A stretch of DNA of 63,937 nt, filler included, from Guillardia theta CCMP2712 (lineage: Eukaryota > Protista > Cryptophyta), in NCBI RefSeq assembly GCF_000315625.1. It is 5 parts of 5 records of this genome, joined end to end, with 100 filler letters (N's around TTAATTAATTAA, not from the genome) between each part and the next. Parts side by side here need not be neighbours in the genome. Positions count along the whole stretch, not along the records: positions 53,970 to 61,143 come from NW_005434560.1; positions 61,244 to 63,937 come from NW_005434077.1; 3 more parts are not named here. One strand, 5' to 3'. Both the position numbers and the translations under genes were made by a program. Below the pieces are notes generated by a model. That model was not told where the DNA came from and ran no database searches. It saw only the letters and a list, made by a program, of their open reading frames with translations. Below, piece by piece: positions 53,970 to 63,937 of the stretch (its first letter is position 1; every line of letters begins with the position of its first letter).

Positions 53970-56460
53970 TTCCCGGTTCCTTCCCTATATTTCACCAAGG
54001 GTTGTTGCCATGGCTCCCTCCCCTCCTGCCCCTGCCTCCTTCCCCTCCGGGCCTTGCCTTCCTCCCCTCCTGGCCCCTTCCCTCCCCAGTCGCCCCACCT
54101 CTTCCCCTCCATGACCCATGCTGCGCCTGTCCTTGTCCCTACCATGAGCTGCGCCTGCCTCCTTGATGCTAGGCTTGTTTTCCTTCCCTGCCGCCTGTGC
54201 TCCATAGGTGGCTTGCCCCTGTGCCTCGCCTGCCCCCTCACCTGCCCCCATCGGACTAGGTCGACTCGCTTCCCCTTCTTGCCGTCCATAGCATGTGTTG
54301 CACCTCCAGCAGTTGCTTGATTGCTGCTGTCTTGATGCTTTCCCATTCCGTGTCTTCCACCCTTAGTACCCTGAAATTCTCATGCCATTCCCTTTCCATG
54401 ATCGATCCTTTCACTCCTGCTATGAATGTTGCTTGTTCAACTTCATGGTCAGGGAGCAGAGCTGTGATTGCTGCTCGTAGAGCGGCATATTTCTCTTCTT
54501 TTTCCTGAAATTTCTTCTTCAGGCATTCCAGGCTTGTTTGTTCGACTCCGTCATATTCCGATGTCCTTGCAAATTCAATGATGACGATGCGTTTGATGTT
54601 TGTAAAGTAGCAGCAACCGTCTGGTATCCATTGTCCTTCTTGGTGCATTAAAGTCCCCATCGCTTCCATCACGATGCGCATTGGAGTTTCCCACCATGTA
54701 GTGACCTGTAGCCTTTGTTTCCTCCAACTCTGCTGCAGTCTTACCTTGATCTTCTTCATGACTTGATTGTGTGCTTGTTGGATCATTGCTTGAAACTGCC
54801 GACATGCTAGCTGAATATGCCCCCAGGTTTCTTCTCGGTCTGGACAGTGGGGGCAGCATGATGAGTTAGTCTTCCCCCATTGAAAGAGCTTCTTCCTCGT
54901 CGGTACTGAGAAGGTGATTGCTTGAATTGCTGTTCGTGTGAATGAACCTTGGCATAATCTAAACGCCTTCCCGAGTATGTTTCTGCCCACATGTACTTCA
55001 AGCATGAATTTCTCCGTCAAGGTGAGGTCTCCCGCTCGAATCCTCGCAGTCATTGCCTGTTGTCGAATTATATAGTCCCACTTCTTCAATCTATCCATTC
55101 CTGATGTAGGATTGTCTTCTCCTGCGATGGTGAACTCCATTGCGCTGTCATAAATCGCTTTCTCCCATCCCGAGGCAAATGTTTGTTTTGCTTGTTTGGC
55201 CATCTCCTTTGCCTCTTGGATGTGTCGGTCAGATTCTTTTGCTAATTGAAGTCGGATCTTGATTCCTCTCCCCTCGAGTTTCTTCATGCAAGTGAGTAAT
55301 CGATCATGTAGGTCCTCCAGCAGTTCATCTTCGTATCGCATGGTATCAATGCGTAATGTATTCGTGATGAAGCGGTGAAAGCGGGTGGACTGATACATGA
55401 CTGTGACTTGATTTCCCCTCTTGATTTGTATCCCTTCCTCGAGGATATGTTGGAACAGTAAGCCAATTGCAATTGTTTTCGCTCGAATGATGCTGCATTT
55501 CCCATTGATTTTCATCCCTCCTCCTGATGTCGTCTCTTGTTGCTGGAGAACATACCCTATTCGCATGGATCTATTTTTTCTGCTCTGTGTGACGTCTCCT
55601 TCAATAGCTGCTGTGAAATGCCTTCCGCCTTGGTGATCGCTGCGCGGCTGGATCTGACCCCTTCGTTGGATACACATCTCCTCATACGTTGGGAGGATGT
55701 TGTCATGAAGCTGAGCTCTGAGGTATGTTGGGAATGTGTGCTTGACGAGTATCCATAGCTCCTCTAACGTTTTCATCAGGCAACGATTCCCTGTTCTCCA
55801 AAAGTTTGCTGCGTATGCTATCTGAGCGCCTTTCGGGATCCGGCTGATAATTTCGAAGCCTTCTGGTATCTCATCAATGTTATTCTTCCATCCTATCAGA
55901 ATGACATGTATTGTGTTTTGCAGGATGTGCTCGCGAAATCTCTTTTGTTTATCTATCCAAACCACCACTCGTTGCAGTTCCTTTNNNNNNNNNNNNNNNN
56001 NNNNNNNNNNNNNNNNNNNNNNNNNNNNNNNNNNNNNNNNNNNNNNNNNNNNNNNNNNNNNNNNNNNNNNNNNNNNNNNNNNNNGTGTCGGCCAGTTACG
56101 AAATGTACTGATGTCACAATCTGTGATCTCTGCTAGGTGTTGTAAAAACTCGTATGCCAATGGTTGTGTTGTTTCTTGGCGAACCTCTGATACTACCTCT
56201 TCGAGTTGTTGCCACCATGCTGTAGCTTCTGTTTCGCCGTCGTCCAACGCATTGACTATTTCCAGCAACAGATGGATACTTTGATTGCATTCTCTTCGGT
56301 TATTCCCGTCTTCTTCTTCCTTTGTTGCAGATGTGAAGGGAGCCGAGTCCAGCGACGCTTCCAACCATTCTATTGGTGGGTCCGAGGTTGTGTTTACTCC
56401 TGTGTGGGGCGGCTCAAAGCATAGCGTTGTCGCTCTCAACTGACCCCTCTGGTTTCCAAT
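53970..56460 (-). mobile_element. Non-LTR retrotransposon 3' portion (RNase H-like, CCHC finger, restriction-like endonuclease); no RT seen
   Basis: ORF 56439-54256: RNase H-like FTAAIEGD...IIRAKTIAI, CPHCPDREETWGHIQLAC, HNQV...WIPDGCCY...IVIIEFAR...KEEKY (PD-(D/E)xK REL endonuclease). Confidence 0.8.
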
Positions 56461-59400
56461 AGTTTTCTGTGGGGGTATCCTTCCACATATGTGAATAGCA
56501 AATGGCAGTTGGGGTCTGGGGTGGGTCAGACGGCTGGGAGCTGATTCAAATTGGTTGGGACCTGTTTAAGGGGGTAGGGTACTTCCTGGTAGCAAATATT
56601 TGTACCAACAGTACCAATTTTATGGTACATATAGAGTACTGTTAGGAAAACTTGTACCAAAATAGTTTATGCGGTACCTCCCCTGTTCAAACTATTATGC
56701 TTTGGACCCACCTGTTTCCCAGTGAAAGTGCCTTCTCCGATGGGGTCAAGTTTTGGACCCTACCCTGCCTCCGAACAACATAGACCACCCTTGTAGATCA
56801 GAGGGAGCTCTCAAGCCTTGTCCCTTCCCTTCCCTGGTTGCATATCCAAGGTTAGCAAGTGAATGTTACGCAGACGTGACTCATCTGCAGCAGGAGAGCT
56901 CAGACCAGGACAAGCCGAGGCAATCCCTGCAGAATCTGGTGTGAGCGCAGCAGTCTGAAAACATCTCTGTGATTGCAAACACATGTAAAGAGGGTTGATC
57001 ATCATAGATTTTAGCAGCTTGAATAAGGAGTACTCCGCACGGACCGTCCGCTAGTGGCGCTGTACGATGGATGACATTGACTCTCATGAGCAATAAGTAG
57101 GAAGTCATGAAGCATGTCACGGAGACAGCATGATCTATACTTGTTTCATAGGAATCTGCTGCAAAGAGTCGGGCTTGAGGGCGGTCTGAGCAATATGCAA
57201 GAGTATTGCCAAGGCATGTAAAGAGTTTCAAGGAATACCAGTGCATTCATCAAATGGCAGTGATGAGGTACCACATGAAGGCATGACTTGCAAATTGATT
57301 GCATGTCGTGTTCTATTTCATGACTTACAATCAAGACGCTTTTGAGCGACAAAACGATACCCCTTATAGCATTGTAAATCATATTTCATTTCCTTCACCT
57401 CGAGTCGAAGCAAGAAATTTTCAAGGTGCTGATATCTTTGTTGTGACTAGACTGACATGGTATCAGGAGCAGTTAATTGATGTTGGATCCGATTGAATCA
57501 TGCAGACGAAAATGGACATACCCTTTTGAATAAATCTTTCTTCTCGAGTCTCATACCAGAGCTTTCTTGCCTCTTTCTTTGTAACCTAACATGTACAAAG
57601 CATTGGCATTTTCTTACACAAAGTAAACTGAGCCTGACCAGCTTCTCTTATTCGCTGCATTCTCGCCCTTCCATCATCCTGATCTTTTCCTCGCTTGACA
57701 CCCTTGGGCCAATGCGAGTTGCATGCTGCGATATCATCAATTGTTTGGAACCAAGCGATAAGTGGAACAAAGCGCTCAGGTGCTATGCAGGCTGCAATGC
57801 ATCGCCGGCATTCCAACCATATGGATAAGTTTGCCAACTTTGCGCTGCTCATATTACTTGCAGCGAAAGTAATATATTCCAGATGATAAGGACAATGTAT
57901 GAGACTTGCGCAGAAGAATGTGCAAACACTTCCACACGACGGTGAGTGTGCACGATTCCACATACACAAGAATGCTGCGCAGAAGTATCTACCAATTTCT
58001 TGTCTAACCACTCTTTTGATGAATGAGCATCGACTTCTCTAACATGTTCATCAGGTCATGCAGGCTCATGGAGAAATGATGATGTTGTTAGCAACAACTT
58101 GGCTTTGTTTTATTGAAGTACGTTGAAAACATCACCTAGGCCGCTACATATTCCCATGTCCGCTTTGCAACAGTTCTAAACCACGTATCACCATAAAGTT
58201 GTACATCATTCGACTAGTCCGATAACATCTTCATGTAGAGCCTCAGTTTCAAGCTCAACGCGGTTTGGAGCGATACTGTGACTTGTTTGCCTGGTATGAT
58301 TACATGTGACATGCTCTCTTACACAATTGAAGAGTATTGTAGAAAATTCAGTCAAGTGGTGCACAGTTCAGCCTTTCTTTCTTGCTATTCATCAAACATA
58401 GTGTATCAAACAGATGTCATCGTGTGGATCGACGCAAAATAAAGATGAACTCGAAGTTCTGTCTGAAAAATGACCCTTTGCAAGTACTGATAGATCGAGA
58501 GCAAGTTCTTGATGCTGTATCATTGAGAAGTAAAATGACAGTCATAAGCCAGTGCTATACGACTCGTATCCATCAGCTTGAAATATGAACCACTGAGTTT
58601 CATTCCATGAATCATCTTTCCTCCCGCATTCAAACTGAGAAACTCAGTGATTGTCAACTCATGGGCATGGTTTCAGAGTTTGAATTTCCAGCAAGTTGAG
58701 GAAGGACAAGGCAGACAGAAGCGTCAAAGAAAGTTGAGGGTCATCAGGGAAGGTCTGACGAGAGTCTGAGACTCATGAACAGGGAAGGATAGGGATGCGC
58801 AAGTGTGGAGGGCAGGGAGATGGGGAGGAAGACACCCTCTGCTAAATGTATTTTAAAAGGTACCCATTACAGTACCAGACCAAGACCTGTACCCCCCACC
58901 CCCCTGTCGCGTCCGTTGGGTTCGAATCATTTGAAATACTACCACGCCTACCCATCAGGTTCTGGTACAAATCATTACTCCACTATACAAGCGCTATGTG
59001 ACCCTATCCAAAGACAAATAGGAACGATTGTTTACTTATCTAAGCTCTCAATTACCCCCGGTTGCCGTTGAGCGTGCAGCGCTGGAAATGGACTTTCAAA
59101 CCTTCCAATCCTTGGTTTTTTTACTCACACACAATTTTGTACTGGAAAACGCCTGGATCTGGTACAAATCCCAATTGTCAGCAAGTTCCTTGACCCGACA
59201 ACGCTATGATAGCGATGTCTCCATGAACTTTGAAAGGTATGCGCCCTGAAGTGTAGCAGAATCTTTCCCGCTGATTCTTGTCGTCCCCATAGTAAGTAGC
59301 GTCATGTTGGAGGAGCTCCCTCAAAATTTCCCGGGTAAGAGCCCTCCTATTTGTTTCCTCTCTCCCTTGGTCCGGTCTGGCAAGCTTCGTGGGTGGCAGG

Positions 59401-59589
59401 AGCTCGTGTGGTCTAGCCTCCCTTTTTCCTTTCCTTCTCTTGTTTGAGGGCTTCCCTTCCTCTCTGGCTGGCCTTCTTCTCTTCCCTGTTCCTGTCTGCT
59501 CTTGACCGAGTTTTGCCCAGATGACGTTCACTTGCAGATATCGTGCAAGGATTTCTTCTGCCTGTTCCCGTTGCTTTGGGAATGTGAAA

Positions 59590-60010
59590 CTCATCGAGAT
59601 CCAGGTAAGAGAAGCCGGCCGCCGTGGTGGGTGGGATCACCGAGAAGGCAAGGAACCTGTCTCCAATGCCGATGCTGTAAGAGTTCGATACAAACATGTT
59701 CCACTGGTTATCGGCGGTGAGGAGGGTATCCGTGCACTGGTCCGAGAGGCAGACCATCAGATCATTCACCTCCGCCGAGCGGTAGTAGAAGGAGAGCGTC
59801 CAGTTGACGTCGTAGAGCCTGCCGTAGATCCTGAGCTCGGAGAGGGCATAGTAGGAGTTGGTGCCCCCGATCACCTGCACGAACCATACATACCTCCCAA
59901 CCCGAGAGCAGGTGATATTGATCCTAACCACGCCGGTGCTGAAATAAACCTGATCCTGACACAGCTTGTTGTTGCCGTAAGCACTGCCATCGTCTTATCA
60001 GAGCTCATAG
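59590..60010 (-). pseudogene. Fragment of a galactose-binding/F-type-lectin-like domain gene
   Basis: NNKLC...INITCSRVGRYVWFVQ...YALSELRIYG resembles the GRYV...L.LxEVxVYG motif of discoidin/fucolectin folds. Truncated on both sides. Confidence 0.45.
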
Positions 60011-60015
60011 GATAG

Positions 60016-60739
60016 CGAGCCCAACACAGGAGTGGTCAACACTCGAAATGTGGACAGCACACAAGGATAGCCTCTACAACTATCCAGACGAAAGACAGTG
60101 ATTCTCTAACGGCTACTTTGGTTCAGAAGTCGGACCCCTCCGGGACGGTTTCCCTATCAAGCACCGGTGGAGCTCTCCTTTCTGGTAGAAACAAGAACAG
60201 GAGCAGCGCATGGACCAAAGGGGCCATAGCGACGGCACGAGGCAGGAAGACTCGTGCAAGCGGGGACCACTACCCCTGGGACTCCCACAGGGCTATAAAA
60301 GGATCAAGATCTTCATCTCTAGGTGGTCTGTCTTCCCTCCCTCTGTGTACCACGCATTTCCCTGTGTTGGTGTGGTTGCTGCAATAAAGCTTGATAATAC
60401 TGTCTAGCACCATCTGTGTGATCCAGCGGAGGTTCTTTGAGCATTCGCTTGGCTAGTGTGCAACCCGTAAAGCTTCGGGGTGTAACATAAATTGGTAGTG
60501 AAGTGTTGGTGCAGTGTTATCTTGCGGATTTGTGGTGACCGTGTTTCTACTTTCCCCCTTTCCCCTGCCTACCCCTGATGACACATTATACACGTCGCAC
60601 TGCTCACGCTAGCAAACAGACAGCGACCGGAGACGCACTGCTTTCTGATACGGAATGGCAGTCTGCGGCGGGTCACAGCGATACGGAGGATGTGCTCCCT
60701 CAGGAGGAAGATACCCAGCAACTGCCACAAACCTTCGGT
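60016..60739 (+). mobile_element. LTR retrotransposon 5' stub: partial LTR, primer-binding site and start of gag-like ORF
   Basis: TATAAAA 60294-60300, AATAAA 60383-60388, LTR-type end TGTAACA 60481-60487, TGGTAGTGAAG PBS-like site at 60493, ORF from ATG 60578 cut by the tandem repeat at 60740. Confidence 0.6.
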
Positions 60740-61137
60740 GGGGTCAAGGGAGGTTTTCTTCCCCCTGGGAGAAATGTCCTATGGGTTTTTGGATCTGCGA
60801 TATAAAAAAGTCTTGTCTCGGTCACGTGATGTGTCACGTGACCGGTCAGGTGAGCCTGTCAGCCGGGTCACGGCCCCTGTCAGCCGGCTGACATGTCACG
60901 GGCCTGTTGACACGGTCCGCTGACCGGTCACGGCCGCCCGGAGAGATCAGGCCCCCGGCCAATCTCCGGACACTTAGCCTCCTGGCGGGCCTCCAGGGGG
61001 TCTGAGGCGGGGCTGAAGGCTGCAGTCGGTCTACTGACGGGCCCGGCCGGCAGGATCCGTCGAGAAACAGGGGGGTCAAGGGAGGTTTTCTTCCCCCTGG
61101 GAGAAATGTCCTATGGGTTTTGGATCTGCGATATAAA
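60740..61137 (+). repeat. 332-bp tandem repeat family, about 1.2 units up to the contig end
   Basis: Near-identical to the units at 62538-63937. Confidence 0.95.
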
Positions 61138-62137
61138 GGTACCNNNNNNNNNNNNNNNNNNNNNNNNNNNNNNNNNNNNNNNNNNNNTTAATTAATTAAN
61201 NNNNNNNNNNNNNNNNNNNNNNNNNNNNNNNNNNNNNNNNNNNGGGGTTGGGGCAAGGTTTGCATTTTCTTTGAGATGTCGAAACTCTACTTATCGCAAC
61301 GGGAATGACACTGAGTATGTGTAAAGATCACATACGTTCACAGAACAGACTGACAAACAGACATACAGAAGAGACAAACAAACAAACGAACAGCAACAGA
61401 CAAACACACATACACAGAACAGACAGACAAACAGACTTACAGAAGAGACAAACAAACAAACGAACAGTTCAGGCAAATAAACAAACATACCCTTCAAATT
61501 TCAAATTATGTCCAAATATTTCGGATATGTCAAATCAGATCCTTACATTTTGTAATCAGACGCAATGGGTCGGGCACGCATGTCGCGCCAACGATGATGT
61601 TTTCCTGGGGTTGCAATACGCATAAGCTCACGATCAGCTGCGTTGTGAGGCATCGAGACCAGAAGAAATGGAGATAAAATGTCCTCCATTGAAAACATTG
61701 ACTTTCAAGATGTACCACCTTCCATTTTGCATGAACCCCTGATCTTGGAGATTCAAAGTTCCCTCCTATCTCGACCTCAGAGTTCGATTGAAGCTCAATG
61801 GACAAATAGCACCCTGGGCTTAAGGGTTCTTTTAACTCCTGGTTGTGGAATCCGCTATCATGAAGATGATCCTGCAAGAACCACAAGGATGATCTATTCC
61901 AGGTTGTTGTAAGTGTGTTTCTGCTTGGCAATCAATAGCAACGCTTAGCAGATGTGATTGTTTACACATACTCATCGTCATTCCTGTTGTGATCAGTAGA
62001 GTTTCGATTATCTTTGGTGAAAATGCAAACCTTGTTGCCAACCGTGATGATTCATTTAGGATCCTCACATCATTCTATTTGTTTGCATCTCCTTCTTTTG
62101 AAAAGTGTATCTCAGAGTGTTATGGTCTACTGTGACA

Positions 62138-62332
62138 TCCGGGCGGCCGTGACCGGTCAGCGGACCGTGTCAGCAGGCCCGTGACATGTCAGCCGGCTGA
62201 CAGGGGCCGTGACCCGGCTGACAGGCTCACCTGACCGGTCACGTGACACATCACGTGACCGAGACAAGACTTTTTTAGTTGGCAAATAAACAATCTTCAG
62301 AAACTGTTGTTATGCAAAAAAACCTCCCTTGA
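62138..62332 (-). repeat. Inverted partial copy of the 332-bp unit with a substituted internal segment
   Basis: 62138-62277 and 62319-62332 are reverse complements of unit sequence. The intervening ~40 nt is unrelated to the standard unit. Confidence 0.9.
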
Positions 62333-62537
62333 NNNNNNNNNNNNNNNNNNNNNNNNNNNNNNNNNNNNNNNNNNNNNNNNNNNNNNNNNNNNNNNNNNNN
62401 NNNNNNNNNNNNNNNNNNNNNNNNNNNNNNNNNNNNNNNNNNNNNNNNNNNNNNNNNNNNNNNNNNNNNNNNNNNNNNNNNNNNNNNNNNNNNNNNNNNN
62501 NNNNNNNNNNNNNNNNNNNNNNNNNNNNNNNNNNNNN

Positions 62538-63937
62538 CGGGTCACGGCCCCTGTCAGCCGGCTGACATGTCACGGGCCTGCTGACACGGTCCGCTGACCG
62601 GTCACGGCCGCCCGGAGAGATCAGGCCCCCGGCCAATCTCCGGACACTTAGCCTCCTGGCGGGCCTCCAGGGGGTCTGAGGCGGGGCTGAAGGCTGCAGT
62701 CGGTCTACTGACGGGCCCGGCCGGCAGGATCCGTCGAGAAACAGGGGGGTCAAGGGAGGTTTTCTTCCCCCTGGGAGAAATGTCCTATGGGTTTTTGGAT
62801 CTGCGATATAAAAAAGTCTTGTCTCGGTCACGTGATGTGTCACGTGACCGGTCAGGTGAGCCTGTCAGCCGGGTCACGGCCCCTGTCAGCCGGCTGACAT
62901 GTCACGGGCCTGCTGACACGGTCCGCTGACCGGTCACGGCCGCCCGGAGAGATCAGGCCCCCGGCCAATCTCCGGACACTTAGCCTCCTGGCGGGCCTCC
63001 AGGGGGTCTGAGGCGGGGCTGAAGGCTGCAGTCGCTCTACTGACGGGCCCGGCCGGCAGGATCCGTCACCGGCGAGAAACAGGGGGGTCAAGGGAGGTTT
63101 TCTTCCCCCTGGGAGAAATGTCCTATGGGTTTTTGGATCTGCGATATAAAAAAGTCTTGTCTCGGTCACGTGATGTGTCACGTGACCGGTCAGGTGAGCC
63201 TGTCAGCCGGGTCACGGCCCCTGTCAGCCGGCTGACATGTCACGGGCCTGCTGACACGGTCCGCTGACCGGTCACGGCCGCCCGGAGAGATCAGGCCCCC
63301 GGCCAATCTCCGGACACTTAGCCTCCTGGCGGGCCTCCAGGGGGTCTGAGGCGGGGCTGAAGGCTGCAGTCGGTCTACTGACGGGCCCGGCCGGCAGGAT
63401 CCGTCGAGAAACAGGGGGGTCAAGGGAGGTTTTCTTCCCCCTGGGAGAAATGTCCTATGGGTTTTTGGATCTGCGATATAAAAAAGTCTTGTCTCGGTCA
63501 CGTGATGTGTCACGTGACCGGTCAGGTGAGCCTGTCAGCCGGGTCACGGCCCCTGTCAGCCGGCTGACATGTCACGGGCCTGCTGACACGGTCCGCTGAC
63601 CGGTCACGGCCGCCCGGAGAGATCAGGCCCCCGGCCAATCTCCGGACACTTAGCCTCCTGGCGGGCCTCCAGGGGGTCTGAGGCGGGGCTGAAGGCTGCA
63701 GTCGCTCTACTGACGGGCCCGGCCGGCAGGATCCGTCGAGAAACAGGGGGGTCAAGGGAGGTTTTCTTCGCCCTGGGAGAAATGTCCTATGGGTTTTTGG
63801 ATCTGCGATATAAAAAAGTCTTGTCTCGGTCACGTGATGTGTCACGTGACCGGTCAGGTGAGCCTGTCAGCCGGGTCACGGCCCCTGTCAGCCGGCTGAC
63901 ATGTCACGGGCCTGCTGACACGGTCCGCTGACCGGTC
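62538..63937 (+). repeat. 332-bp palindrome-rich tandem array, about 4.2 units, running off the window
   Basis: Period 332 bp (one unit 338 bp owing to a 6-bp insertion near 63068). Units near-identical. Confidence 0.97.

Noticed and set aside
61472-61484. 13-nt match GGCAAATAAACAA to the variant insert at 62281
   Set aside because: Short and inside a low-complexity ACAA-rich tract, so likely chance. Not accepted as a target site.
62310-63845. Repeated 107-109 aa ORFs (MTHHVTETRLFY...)
   Set aside because: By-products of the GC-rich tandem repeat, with non-ATG starts and no protein-like features.
60740-63937. Canonical CRISPR array
   Set aside because: The repeat is ~280 bp, tandem neighbours carry the same insert, no cas genes are present and the context is eukaryotic. 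Only the looser variable-insert observation is retained.

Overview
Intron-rich eukaryotic nuclear DNA. Short GT-AG introns mixed with microsatellite-laden ones, a triose-phosphate translocator with a bipartite leader, and a flagellar gene suggest a complex-plastid alga such as a cryptophyte (Guillardia-like; inference). The assembly is draft quality, with several N gaps and four artificial N-TTAATTAATTAA-N linkers, so adjacency across those is uncertain. Host genes I can support by manual splicing: mitochondrial EF-G, a PHO80/U-type cyclin, a MATE transporter, a plastid TPT, a PAP2-family protein, RNase T2, a Med22-like subunit, a PDZ-PDZ-BIR protein, CCDC146/MBO2, tRNA-Leu(UAA), a Sib-like secreted protein, orphan HisF exons and several hypothetical proteins. 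Mobile DNA: an intron-containing Crypton-type tyrosine-recombinase element (about 13.7-17.0 kb) and, from 54 kb onward, a nest of a REL-endonuclease non-LTR fragment, an LTR/PBS/gag stub and a 332-bp palindrome-rich tandem array. The most striking observation is that an inverted copy of the array unit (62138-62332) keeps both constant flanks but carries a different ~40-45 nt insert between a T-run and TAAAAAA, i.e. a long repeat with an apparently exchangeable spacer-like segment.
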